DNA from: Mobula hypostoma
Lineage: Eukaryota
Length of the DNA: 64,000 nucleotides
Direction of reading: 5' to 3'
NCBI RefSeq assembly: GCF_963921235.1
Contig: NC_086097.1
Location: 92,072,001-92,136,000 of the forward strand
Both the position numbers and the translations under genes were made by a program. This document shows, one piece after another, positions 13,079 through 25,497 of the stretch (its first letter is position 1; every line of letters starts with the position of its first letter). The notes under the pieces are model-generated. The model was not told the origin of the DNA, did no database searches, and worked only from the letters and a program-made list of their open reading frames with translations.

Positions 13079-13849
13079 CAAGCATTTGACAGAACGATAA
13101 GCGGGTTACACTTTGTTTCAGAAACAGTAAAAACACTTGCTTCCGTTCCCGACCCGATCATCTCAAATTATTGTACTTCCTGTCTTCATTTCACGCGCGT
13201 TAATACGTGCTTTTTAATCAAAAAATATTTTGACGAATGTTTACCGCAGACAGTCAATGACTCACTAACTGCATCTAAATCCGAAAGCCCGAGACATGCA
13301 TCTCAGTTAATTTAAGAACACTACTTCGAAACAGGTGTTTGTAGTTGGGAATTAAATTGGATAAGATACAATACTAGGCAGAATGTTGGAAATGTAATTC
13401 CAGTCTGTATTAGTAACTCCTAAAGATGCGGGGTTTAAGAGTTCGATCCCACATCTGATCTTATATTTTGGAGGTCGCTGTAGACTTCAGACTGTCGAGA
13501 CTCATGCTTAACTTCAGTTTTCAACTGCTCCTCTCCGCTGTGTGAAATTACTTCGCCGGTCCGATGCGGCGATACATAGCGTGTCCCATATTCGTCGACG
13601 AGATCCGCGGGAAAAGTCTCTTAAGTGCCAGTAAGCGATGACCGCAGAGTCCAGCAAGCTCTCAGCAGTAAAACAAATATGCAGTTTTCTGACTAGCGAC
13701 CTAACAGCCTTTCAATCTTATCTTGAAGATTGACGTAAGGCGGCTACTTGATAATCTGAGTGCAGTGGTCAATGGAAATGGTATATTTTACTTCAACATT
13801 CAGGCCGAACTTGGCTAATTCATGCAACGTTGCACACATGGGTTGGCTT

Positions 13850-14617
13850 CTACACGGGGGTGATGCTGAGGTCCTCAGACAGTGAGAGGCCCGAGTCGCG
13901 ATCTCTTGTCATCTTCTCCGGGTTGCTAAGACAATCCATCTCTTTATTCAGGGGCAGGGTCTTCTGCTTTGGACCATTCTCGTCACTGGCTTCAGTTGAG
14001 AGTCGCTCCCCATCAGCGTCGCAGCCCAGACTGTCATAAGCATAGTTTATGTTTCCGCATGGGAAGCTCTGCAGCTTGGCCAGCGCCAGCCCGCCTATCT
14101 CCAGGGGTGTATAGTGACCGATAGGGGAGGGCGACTCCCGAGAGCTGGGCGGCGAGCTGCCGTTGCAATCCAATCCCGAGTCATCATGCTCGGGGGAGGC
14201 AGGGGGCTTCCCAGCCCCTTCCACCGCCGCGGCTTGGCTGAAGCTCTCGGAGATCCAGGAGCCGTAAGTGGGGTTCCAGAGGGTTTTGGAGTGGTTCTGT
14301 AGCATCTGCCCTCGCCGAGGCTTAGCATCGGGGCGGGTATTGGCCTCGGGATCCTGGCAATGCCAATCGCGGCCAAGCGAGCCCGTCTCCACGCTGCCAC
14401 CAAAGTTGCCTCTCTTCAATGGCTCCCGAGGGCACTGAAGCTTTGCCCCAGCGTGCAGAAACTCGGGCACCTGACAGGTAATTTGAGGCGCAAGGTTTGT
14501 ATCGACCTTCAGGGGAGTCAGACCGCTGGAGCTGTCAGGCCGCATCACTGTACCTCCTTCTTCTTCGCAGGAAGGCTCATTCTCAACAGGGAGGAGTGTG
14601 TTCACAATGTCCGGATC
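13850..14617 (-). CDS. LTK: LTK last coding exon, C-terminal tail (DPDIVNTLLP...LWNPTYGSW...FPCGNINYAY...SITPV*)
   Basis: tag acceptor at 14618-14619; ORF 13850..14605 extended to DPD; ALK/LTK tail motifs; TAG stop. Confidence 0.92.
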   Translation of the reverse strand, partial: DPDIVNTLLPVENEPSCEEEGGTVMRPDSSSGLTPLKVDTNLAPQITCQVPEFLHAGAKLQCPREPLKRGNFGGSVETGSLGRDWHCQDPEANTRPDAKPRRGQMLQNHSKTLWNPTYGSWISESFSQAAAVEGAGKPPASPEHDDSGLDCNGSSPPSSRESPSPIGHYTPLEIGGLALAKLQSFPCGNINYAYDSLGCDADGERLSTEASDENGPKQKTLPLNKEMDCLSNPEKMTRDRDSGLSLSEDLSITPV

Positions 14618-14804
14618 CTAAGTCAACACACAATGCAAAACAAAACTTTCAATACACGCTTTAAACTCCACTCTCCTCCTTTCTTAAAAATGCCCACCTA
14701 TGCACGCTCAGCTTCCCGAAGAAATATTAAATCCAAGTCTCCAAGTCACGTAAAGTAACACACAGGCTGTTTTCATTCCTTCTATTGACCTGCATTCACT
14801 GACT

Positions 14805-15492
14805 CCCTTAACTTGCAGGATGAGTCAGTATTGAAGGGTGGCAAATGCAATGTTGGCATTCAGTTCCAGAGGACTGGAATATAAAAGCAAGGGTGTACTG
14901 TTGAGGCTTTATAAGGCATTGTTTAGTCTGCATTTGCAATATTGTGAGCACATTTTGTGTCTTGTATCAAAGGAACGACAAACTGACTGTGGAGAGGGTC
15001 CAGAAGAGGTTCCCAAGAATGATTCTGGGTGGTGGGGGGAGGGAGGAGAGGAGAGAATGGAGTCAGAATGATGAAGAGGAATCTCATTACTGCATACTGA
15101 AAGGACTGGATAGAGTGGACCTGGGGAGGAGGTTTTCATTAGTAGGAGAGTCTAGGAACCGAGGGCACAGCTTCAGAAATAAAGGACGTCCCTTAAAACT
15201 GAGATGGAAAAATTCTATAGCTAGAGGGTGGTGAATCTGTGGAGTTCGTGATTAGATATATTTAAGGCAGAGAATGATGTAATTTTATTATAATTATTCA
15301 TTATAATTGCCATACATTATAATAAATTATAATAATTTTATATTGTATTGCAATCTACTGCTGCCAACAAATTCCCTAACGTACACCAGTGATGTTAAAT
15401 TCAGATTCTTGATTGGCAAGTGGGTCAAGGATAATTGGGAAAGGTGGAGGAATTGGGTTAAGAAAATCAGATCTGTTCCTGCTTCTTATGGT
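14805..15492 (+). mobile_element. Degraded CR1 3' fragment
   Basis: ANAMLAFSSRGLEYKSK...LYKAL and ERVQKRFPRMI peptides. Confidence 0.75.
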
Positions 15493-17340
15493 CATAGTAG
15501 TGTTGCCCTAGTGTTTTGGCCAATACTAGAATTAAATTATCTGGTAGTGAGCCTGCTGCTGTTTGTGAGAGTCAATAAACCTCATTCACGTTTTCTGGGT
15601 TGTTAAGCACATTGAAATACTATCGTGAAAATATTTTTCCATCCTTCGTAAAGAAATTCTTAAAATTTTGGTGTTGTTCAATCTTGGTTGATTACCAGAG
15701 CAACCACACTTTAAATTAAAAATTTTAGTCATATTCAAAATCTGATGTGCAACTAATTCATCCCATCTTTATAACTTATTCCAGTGCTACAGTCTACTCC
15801 CCACCCATTCTGCATTCATCCAACTCTGAGCTCTCTGCCAATAGCAATTCCAGTTTCTCCACTTTACTGCTGTTACCTGTGCCATCACCTACCCAAGCCC
15901 TGAAACTCTGGAGTTCCCTCCCTAAATGCACTCTTTCTCTGCTTCATTCTTCTATTCAGTTAAAAGCTTGCGATCATCTACGCTCATGTCTCATTTCGTG
16001 ACTTGCCTTCACGTTCTTACTGATAGCACTTCCGTGAAGCTTCTCAGGATCTTTCCCATGTTAAAGTAAGTATATAAATGCTAGTTAATATTGTGTGATC
16101 CTTGCCAGATGAGTTCCTCACACCAACAGTAAGTGATTATGTTATCTTAGTGTTTCTTATCCACAATCTTGGTGAAATTGGGGACCATTATTATTAAGCC
16201 CATGAATCCGGCTGTAACACACTAAATAGATTTTGATTCATGTCAAACCATGAATGATAGTTCTTGTAGAACCACTCCAGCAATGGCTGCAGCTATTCAC
16301 TAATCTATAGACCCGAAGTCCAAGACCGGTATTTCTTAAGCCATAAGTTGAATGTTGCAGGGAAAAGACTGATCAAGTCAGCAATATTGATTCATTCCGT
16401 ATGAGTCATTTGACCACACCTGTTCTTTTAGGATGCCTGGACACCAGTTGTTGTTAATCTAATTCAGAAAACAAAATACACTAGGTGTAAATCTGAAGTA
16501 AGAGCTGAGAAAGATGGAACTACTTAACTGGGCAGGCAGCATGACGGAGACAGAAAGAGATTAAACATTTTAGACCAACGAACTTTCATCGCTGTCTTTC
16601 ACACAGAGGAGGGTCATCGAGTTTAATCCCTTCCCCCCTCCACAGACGTTGCCTGACGCATTTGAATCTTTCCTGTTCTATCCTCTATCCAGAACTATCC
16701 TTCAGTCCTGTACAGTTTTTATACCCTGTGTAGACTAAATTTCTTGTTCTGAAATGTCATTCTTTATAAAGATGCTCAGTTGATGTTCACTTGAACCAGT
16801 ATCCAACTGGATCGCAGCCCCAATTCCAGTAAAGGGTCTTCATAGTCCTGTCTCAGATTCAATTTGGCTAACTCCTTTTACCCATTGCATTTGTTGCCTT
16901 TGAAACAATTTTCTTTTTGATTTTTCATGAAGAATCCTTGGATATCAACCAGGTCACAGAAGAAGAGTCTAATGTCTATGTTACCATTAAGTCAAAAATT
17001 TATTTCTTCATCTATATGATACCCAATGTTCTTTAACCACCAATTTCCACAGAGCCTAGCTCAAGACTGGCCATTCATGGTTAGATGGCTGCAGCCTGGA
17101 TCAGTGTGTTAAACATCCTTGTGAAAGGGAAACTAGATAGCTGCCTGAGAAAGAGATGGGTGGTTAGTGGACTTTTGTGATGGAGCTGATATTTTACTGT
17201 AATGCAAAATAGCTGACAGTTGTGACTGATGGCCAACAAAGAACGTTGTCAATATTGTTCCTGTTTTAATGTAAGAATTATGGAAGTTATCTTCTACACA
17301 GTTGCTTCTGCAGCTGACAATGTTTATTCTAATATTTCTA

Positions 17341-17466
<126 letters not shown>

Positions 17467-17544
17467 TTACCAGATAAGTTCATTCAAACTGTACAGTCTC
17501 AGGACAGCTTAGTATTTTGCAGCTAATTGTGCACATTTGAAGCA

Positions 17545-17946
17545 AAGACCTTTATTGAATATAGGAGTACTGCATAGATGTCTTGCTACAATTATATTGG
17601 ACCCTGGAGAGTCCAAATCTGGAGAACTAGTTACAGTTTTGGTCTACTTACCCAGAATGCATGCTGCAGAGGATGTACAAAGATTTCTCAGACTACTTCC
17701 AAGGATGGTGGGTTGATCATACAGGAGAAGTTGAATAGAATAGACAAGTATTTTCTCAAGTTTAGCAAAATGGGAAGTGAACCTCATAGAAACTTACAAA
17801 ATTCTTACAGATATCATCAGGCTGGGTAGGATGTTTCCTTTGGATGAGGAATCTAGGGTATTGCAGTTACAGAAAAAGACACTGGGAATTTCTCCAAGAA
17901 ATCCTGGAAGGTAGTGAATCATTGGAGCTCTCAAACCTGAAGGGTT
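17545..17946 (+). mobile_element. Old CR1 fragment, continuing at about 24851-25000 after the L1 insertion
   Basis: Degenerate CR1 RT C-terminus (NLQNSYRY); the tail ggcctactgctccta resumes beyond the L1. Confidence 0.6.
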
Positions 17947-18438
17947 GATAAACCTTTTTCTTTTTTTTAATTTTATTTTTATTTGGATAAGGAATTCACA
18001 ATTATCATGTACTTTTTTCACACATATAACCTTTTCCATTTTTTTATATGTATAAAACTACAATTATTTATACATTCTTAAGTACACATTGAGATGATAT
18101 AAAAGGAAAATAAACATTTAAATAGATAATTATGTACTGTGGTAAATCTAACCTATTAGGCTAAGTAATGAAATTAGTTGTTAAGAAAAATGGTAATAAT
18201 AGTTTCCATACAACCCTTCTGGACCATTTCCGCTGGTCCAAAATGTTGCATACAAGCCTATATACCAACCATTGTAGGTGTTTATATCCAAATTTGTTCG
18301 TGCTTGTTCCTGCCCGCAGACATAATTATCCAATCCCTATGTACTTATTTACTTAATTTTTTCATTTTTTTTTATCCCTTTCCCAAATCTTTCCCTTTAC
18401 TTGTGTTAATTCTCTATTTTCCAAAAAAAAACATTTAA

Positions 18439-19488
18439 ACATAGAAACATAGAAACATAGAAAATAGGTGCAGGAGTAGGCCATTCGGCCCTTCGAGCCT
18501 GCACCGCCATTTATTATGATCATGGCTGATCATCCAACTCAGAACCCCACCCCAGCATTCCCTCCGTACCCCCTGACCCCTGTAGCCACAAGGGCCATAT
18601 CTAACTCCCTCTTAAACATAGCCAATGAACTGGCCTCAACAGTTTCCTGTGGCAGGGAATTCCACAGATTCACCACTCTCTGTGTGAAGAAGTTTTTCCT
18701 AATCTCGGTCCTAAAAGGCTTCCCCTCTATCCTCAAACTGTGACCCCTCGTTCTGGACTTCCCCAACATCGGGAACAATCTTCCTGCATCTAGCCTGTCC
18801 AATCCCTTTAGGATCTTATACGTTTCAATCAGATCCCCCCTCAATCTTCTAAATTCCAACGAGTACAAACCCAGTTCATCCAGTCTTTCTTCATATGAAA
18901 GTCCTGCCATCCCAGGAATCAATCTGGTGAACCTTCTTTGTACTCCCTCTATGGCAAAGATGTCTTTCCTCAGATTAGGGGACCAAAACTGCACACAATA
19001 CTCCAGGTGTGGTCTCACCAAGGCCTTGTACAACTGCAGTAGTACCTCCCTGCTCCTGTACTCGAATCCTCTTGCTATAAATGCCAGCCTACCATTCGTC
19101 TTTTTCACTGCCTGCTGTACCTGCATGCCCACTTTCAATGACTGGTGTATAATGACACCCAGGTCTCGTTGCACCTCCCCTTTTCCTAATCGGCCACCAT
19201 TCAGATAATAATCTGTTTTCCTATTTTTGCCACCAAAGTGGATAACTTCACATTTATCCACATTAAATTGCATCTGCCATGAGTTTGCCCACTCACCCAA
19301 CCTATCCAAGTCACCCTGCATCCTCTTAGCATCTTCCTCACTGCTAACACTGCCACCCAGCTTCGTGTCATCCACAAACTTGGAGATGCTGCATTTAATT
19401 CCCTCATCCAAGTCATTAATATATATTGTAAACAACTGGGGTCCCAGCACTGAGCCTTGCGGTACCCCACTAGTCACTGCCTGCCATT
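18439..19488 (-). mobile_element. Young CR1 3' fragment nested in the L1 3' UTR
   Basis: 312-aa ORF ([15 protein letters not shown]); repeated catagaaa tail. Confidence 0.93.
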
Positions 19489-19557
19489 AGACTAGGGGTG
19501 CTTACGTTAGCAATATTACTGTGTTGATGAGAACAGCAATATAAATCATTAGGAGAG

Positions 19558-22500
19558 TCATCTAAAGTCTGCTCGCATTGGGGTTATATATTCAATCCAT
19601 TTATTCCAGATTTGATAAAATGTTTCTTTTTGAGTTCTCAGGGAGTAAGTCAACTTTTCCATTTTAAATATTTCCAAGATAATTTCGTACCAATCTTCTA
19701 ATGTAGGTGGTATTGGATTTAGCCATTTTCTAGTGATTGATTTCTTACTTGCCGCTAAGAGGGCCTGCAGCAACTTTATATCTTCCTTCTGTTCAAGGAA
19801 CAATACATGCCCCAAATAGAGCGTCTCAAAGTTCAGAGGTATCTGGGACCTAAGTACCTTAACTAATGTTCTATGAATACCTTCCCAAAATAGACTTAAT
19901 TTAGGGCAATCCCAGAAAATATGAAAATCATTTGCCTCCTTGGAGCCGTACCTTCTCCAACACATCACATTTGTATCTTTATATTTTTCCTGATATGGGG
20001 TCTTGAAGTATCTTATAATGTTTTTCCAACAATGTTCTCTCCAAGTCAAAGAATTAGTCGAGGACCATTGAAAACTGCAGATTTTCCCCCAAGCCTCCTC
20101 TGAAAGTACCAACCCCGCTTCTTTCTCCCACTTCTCTTTAATATACAGTGTATTTACATTTTTAGCATGGGAGAGTGCATTATATAGGTGAGAGACTGAT
20201 TTACTAGGTATTGAACTGCAAGCCGAATTCAGAATCTTGAAAAATTCTAATTCTACTGTTGATAGGTCTGTATATCTACAACTCTGGTTAACATAGTTTC
20301 GTATTTGAAGGTACCTAAAAAAGTCATTATGTTCTAGGCCATGTTTGTCCTGCAGGATTTGGAAACTTTGTAATACTCTTTTATCTATAAATGAGAGGTA
20401 GGTTGTAAGACCTTTCTTTATCCATAGCTCAAATCTTTTATCTCCTCTGTTGGGAAGGAATTCGGTATCATATGCACACCATCTAAAGAGTTTTAACATG
20501 TTATTAATTCCACATGAATTAACCACCTTCTGCCATACTTTTAATGTAAGATTTATCCAAGCATTATTAAATTTTTCCAACTGGGCCATCAATCCTTTGT
20601 CAGCTATTGAGGCCTGAAGAGGAAAACTGTCAACTAATCCAAATTCTATTTCCTTCCATCTAGCCTTATATTCCCTATTACACCAATATAACAGAGGGGT
20701 TATCTGTGAGGCATAAAAGTAATTTCTCAGGCAAGGAAGAACCATACCTCCTCCTTCCTTCCCTAACTGTAAGGTGTTATTTCAAATTCTAGGTTTCCTT
20801 CCTTGCCAAATGAAGCGGGAAATCCATTTGTCCCATTCCGAGTTGATTATCATCCACCTCCACTGGTAAAGTACGAAAAAGATATAATAACCGAGGAAGA
20901 ATATTCATTTTTATAGTATTTATCCTTGAATTTAAACTTAAAAAGGGGATAAGATTCCATCTATGCATATCTGCTTTTATCTCTGAGATTAATGGCCCAT
21001 AATTTACCTGTGACAGTGTTGAAAGATCCTTCGGCAGGGTTATTCCTAAATATTTTAATGATTTAGCTTCCCACTTAAGATCGTATGTATCCTGCAATTT
21101 TTTTGGATGGTGTATAATTTAGGGACATAACCTGCATTTTCTTTACATTTATTTTATAACCTGATATTTTCCCAAAGTCATCCAACAGTGTAAACAATCC
21201 TATAAATGATTTTTCTGGTTCACTCAGATAGACCAAAACATCATCTGCGAATAACGCCACTTTCTGTTCAATCCCTGCCACCTTGATACCTTTTACGATT
21301 TCGCTCTGTCTTATTAGTTGGGCAAGTGGTTCAATATATAGCGCAAAAAGGAGAGGAGAAATTGGGCATATCTGTCTAGTGCCTCTCTCTAAAATGAAGG
21401 AGTCAGAGAGATCCCCATTTATCTTAATTCGGGCTGTAGGGCCGTCATATACAGTCTGAATTACTTAAATAAACCTTTCTTGAAAGCCGTATCTTCCTAA
21501 CACTCTGTATAGGAATGCCCAACTAACCGAATCAAAAGCTTTCTCAGCGTCCAATCCTACTACCATTGTCTCTGTCTCGTTCTTATTAACCTGTTCTAAT
21601 ATGTGCAGAGTTCTCCTTGTGTTGTCCTGTGTTTGTCTTTGTTGAATAAATCCAGTCTGGTCTAAATGGATTAGGCCAGGTAAAAGCTTTTCCAATCTGC
21701 GCGCTAATATAGATGTAAATAGTTTGTAATCTAAATTAAGAACACTAATTGGCCGATAATTGCCACATTCTAGTTTATCTTTACCCTCTTTAGGAATAAC
21801 TGAAATAATCGCTTCTCTCCAGGAAGGTGGAGTTTCTCATCTCTGCAAGATCCAATTAAAGGTGTTAAGTAGTAATGGGGCTAACTGTGTCTTCAGGGAC
21901 TTGTACCACTCTGAGGTAAACCCATCAGAACCCGGGGACTTTCCAGCCTTTAACCTAGAGATGGCCACGTTCAGTTCTTTGACAGTTACTGGTTCTAATA
22001 AACTTTCATTTTGTAAATCTGTAAGTTTAGGTAGATCTAAAAATTTCAATACACTGTCTATATAGGGCTCATTGGGGGCCCGGGGTTGGGAGTACAGCTC
22101 TCGATAATATGTTTCAAAACTCTCTTGAATTTTCCCTATTGTACTCTCCACAAGCTTTGTCTTTGGATTCTTTATTTTATGAATTGTATTGTCTGCTTGT
22201 TGTTTTCATAATTTATATGCTAATAATCTAGCTGATTTACCTCCTACTTCATAATTCTTTTGTCTCAGGTAAAGAAAATTTCTTTGAGTTTCCAATGTAT
22301 AAATATCATCAATTTCACTTTGCCATTTCCTAATTTCCTGTTTTCGATTTGAATTACTTTTGTTGCTATCTACAACTTGAAGTTGTTTTAATTTTCCTTG
22401 AAGGTCTGCTAATTTTTGTGCATTGATTTTTTTCATGTGAGTAGTAATGGAAATAATTTTCCCTCTCAGTACAGCTTTCAATGTATCCCATAAAATCACT

Positions 22501-23345
22501 GGTGATGTTTCTCCCGTGTCATTAAGGTCTAGATATTCTTTGATTTCTCCCCTTAATCTCTCCATTACTTTCGGGTTATTGAGTATATGTGAGTTTAGCC
22601 TCCATAGTGTTTTCCTCATTTTCCTTTCCAGGATTAGAGACATAGAGACTGGGCTATGATCCGACAGATCAATTGTTGCAATATTACAGTTTTTTATCCT
22701 GAGTCTATCTGTATTAAAGATAAAGAAATAGTCTATCCTTGAATAGGCTGAATGAGGGAAAGAGTAATATGTATAATCTTTACTAGTAGGGTGTAATTCC
22801 CTCCAGACATCTATAATTCCCAACTCCTCCATCAATGAATTCACTTTCCGAGTCAGAGGTTTATTCTGAGTAACTATTCTTGAAGAATCTAATATAGGAT
22901 TTAATCTAATATTAAAATCCCCTCCACAAATTACTACCCCTCGAGAACTGACCATTAGGTCAAAAATGTGTCTATAAAATGACCATTCACTACCTGGAGG
23001 AGCATAAACATTCAGCAATGTTATTTCTGTACCTTCTATTCTTCCTGCGATTTTTACAAACCGTCCTTCTTTGTCTCTAGTCTCTGAAATATGTTCATAA
23101 TTAAGAGTACTTGATATTAAAGTAGCTACCCCTCTTTTGTGACTCAATTTATATGATGAATAAAATACATGCTTAAAGCCCATTCTTTTTAATTTTCCAT
23201 GTTCAGATTGGCTCATATGTGTTTCCTGGAGGAAAGCTATTTGTGCCCTCTCTTTTTTCAATTTAGACATAATCTTATTTCTTTTAATTGGATTCAAAAC
23301 CCCATTAACATTATAGGAAATTATTTTTACCAATTCAGTTTGCAT
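19558..23345 (-). pseudogene. L1 ORF2 (endonuclease plus reverse transcriptase), disrupted
   Basis: SYNVNG, LQETH, GGDFN, SRIDY, SDH; KSPGSDG, DAEKAFD, LFADD. In-frame TGA at about 22206 and several frameshifts. Confidence 0.9.
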
Positions 23346-23707
23346 TTTTCTCTAGTAGAAAAAAAGCACTCTCCTTCTCTAACCAAACAGTAAGCAATCC
23401 CTTCTCAACAGGAAACCAAGACATATAACCACACCCTAGACATTTCTGAACGTATAACATTTGAAAATTTTTCCCGACTTCCCACAGTGAGGCCTGAGCA
23501 CCGACCCGCCTCAGTTCAGAGGGATAACCTCTATCTTCACCCTGTGTTAGAGGGCCCTCAACAGTTTCAATAATCATAGAGAATTTTCTCCTATTTATGT
23601 CTCGACCATATTGCTATCATTCAAGTTATTCCACCTAGTTTATTTTCAGTTACCAGTTTTCATTTTACTTTTAAGTCCGATTTACTCTTTTCAGTCATTT
23701 CTCTTAA

Positions 23708-24694
23708 TTAATCTGTATTCTCTGTACATTCGCGTCTGAATATTTGCAGCTTTTCCTTGTAGTTTGACACTCTGGTTCGAGTGGAGCGTCCTCGCCCCAC
23801 TAACTGCCGCGACTTCTGCCGAATCCTCTCCAGTAGCGACTCCGGTTGGGTGATAACTTTAATAGGTAGTCCCCGGTCCGCCAGGTCCAACCTTGCCTCC
23901 TCCGCCGTAGCGTAAGTTTTTGTCCCTTCGTCGTAAAAGACTCTCAGCCGAGCTGGATACAGGGTCTGGAATCTGATGTTGTTTTCCTTCAGGACTCTCC
24001 GTGTTTCCGTATATTCCTTCCGTCTGGCTAGAATCCCCGGTGCGTAGTCGTGGTCTAAACTGATTTTGCAGTTGTTCCACATGAAACCTTTCTTTTGCCA
24101 TGCTCTTTTAAGCACCTCTTCCTTCGTTCTGTAACTGAGCAATCTGATCAGAATCGATCTGGGCTGGGCGCCTGCCTGAGGCTGTGGTGCCAACGCACGG
24201 TAAGCCCTTTCTATCCGTAGGTCTTTTGCGGCCGGTATATCAAGGTTCTCTCTAAGCAGCTTCTCCATGAAGGGAATCATCAATCCGGGTTTACCTTTAG
24301 TTCCTTCGGGAACTTCGTAGATCCTCACATTTTCCCTTCTCGAGCGGCCTTCTTGATCTATTAGTTTCCACTGGAGCTGGTCTTGTAGCTTCAGCATTTC
24401 TGCTGTCACTTCCTCGGCGTTTTGTAGCTTCTCTTCAATTCCAACAATCCTCGCTTCGGCTTCATCTATCCGCGAGTTAGTTTTTACTATTTCTCCTTTA
24501 ATATCTTCCAGCTGTTTGCTGTTATCTTGTCGGAACTCGCAAATCTCTCCGAGAATCAAAGACAGAGTCACCGATTCCCCCTCATTATCTCCGTCCTGGC
24601 TTGCCGTGGGGGAGCTAGGCCCGTCGCCTTGCTGCATCTCTTTATGTTTATCAGCCTTCGAAGCGGACTTTTTATTCTTGTTCTTAGACATCAT
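23708..24694 (-). CDS. L1 ORF1 protein (coiled coil plus RRM/CTD type), 328 aa, open
   Basis: DQEGRSRRENVRIYEVPEG, IERAYR, LYPARLRV motifs typical of L1 ORF1p. Confidence 0.85.
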   Translation of the reverse strand: MMSKNKNKKSASKADKHKEMQQGDGPSSPTASQDGDNEGESVTLSLILGEICEFRQDNSKQLEDIKGEIVKTNSRIDEAEARIVGIEEKLQNAEEVTAEMLKLQDQLQWKLIDQEGRSRRENVRIYEVPEGTKGKPGLMIPFMEKLLRENLDIPAAKDLRIERAYRALAPQPQAGAQPRSILIRLLSYRTKEEVLKRAWQKKGFMWNNCKISLDHDYAPGILARRKEYTETRRVLKENNIRFQTLYPARLRVFYDEGTKTYATAEEARLDLADRGLPIKVITQPESLLERIRQKSRQLVGRGRSTRTRVSNYKEKLQIFRRECTENTD

Positions 24695-25497
24695 CCTTGC
24701 CCCTTTTATTAATATAGTTATACAATATTAAGTATTTGTCTAAATTCGATTTTGGGGCAGTTTACCTTCTTTTTTGTCGAGAGACCTTTTCCTTACGCCG
24801 CCATTCCCTTGATGACCCGGAAGTCCCCCCCCCCCCGATAAGCCTTTTTCAAGGAGCTCATTGATGGATACAAAGGAGGATATTAAAGGGATCAAAGCAT
24901 ACAGGAGCAGTGCATGAAAAGGGTGTTGAGGCAGAAGATTGTGTTGAAATCTGGAGCATGCTTGAATGGCTAGCTGGCCTACTGCTCCTAATTCTGATGT
25001 TATAATGTAGAAAACACAGCAAGCAAGTAGTACATTACAGACTCCCTACACACCAATGTAATAATGATCCGATGATTAGATTCAGTGATAATAGCAGAGA
25101 GATGGAAATTGGCCAGAGGACCTCGGAGGGCTCCTCTGTTCATTGCTGTTTTGTGACACCAACTCATTTAAACCAATGGAAGACTTAGATAGGATTTTGG
25201 TTTAACATTTCATCCAAAACATAACAACCTTGACAGTGCAATTAGTCCCTCAGCATGAACTATATGGATAGAGTACATGCAAGTTAATGAAATAGTGTAC
25301 ATTATCTGTGGACTCAGAGGAGATGGTGTGGCCAATGAAACAAGACTAACTTTGCATTTGTTGTGCTCTTCTGCCCTTGTCTCCAGTTTCTTGATGTTTC
25401 TATATTGGAGCCAAGTCATTCACCTCAACTTAAGAGACTATGTTTTCCCTATAAGTGCTGAAGGATGTCATTGTGTAGCCTCTGCAGAATTCTAGAG

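Larger units (their letters stand above)
17961..24836 (-). mobile_element. Full-length L1-clade LINE with disabled ORF2 and 14-bp TSD
   Basis: 5' end poly-G-ACTTCCGG; ORF1; APE endonuclease and RT; A-rich tail; TSD gataaacctttttc (17947-17960) and gataagcctttttc (24837-24850). Confidence 0.93.

Noticed and set aside
13213..13218. ATTAAA on the minus strand as the LTK poly(A) signal
   Set aside because: A single hexamer in AT-rich sequence cannot be supported without transcript data
14095..14758. Overlapping ORFs in other frames over the last exon
   Set aside because: Expected by-products of GC-rich coding sequence; no recognisable homology
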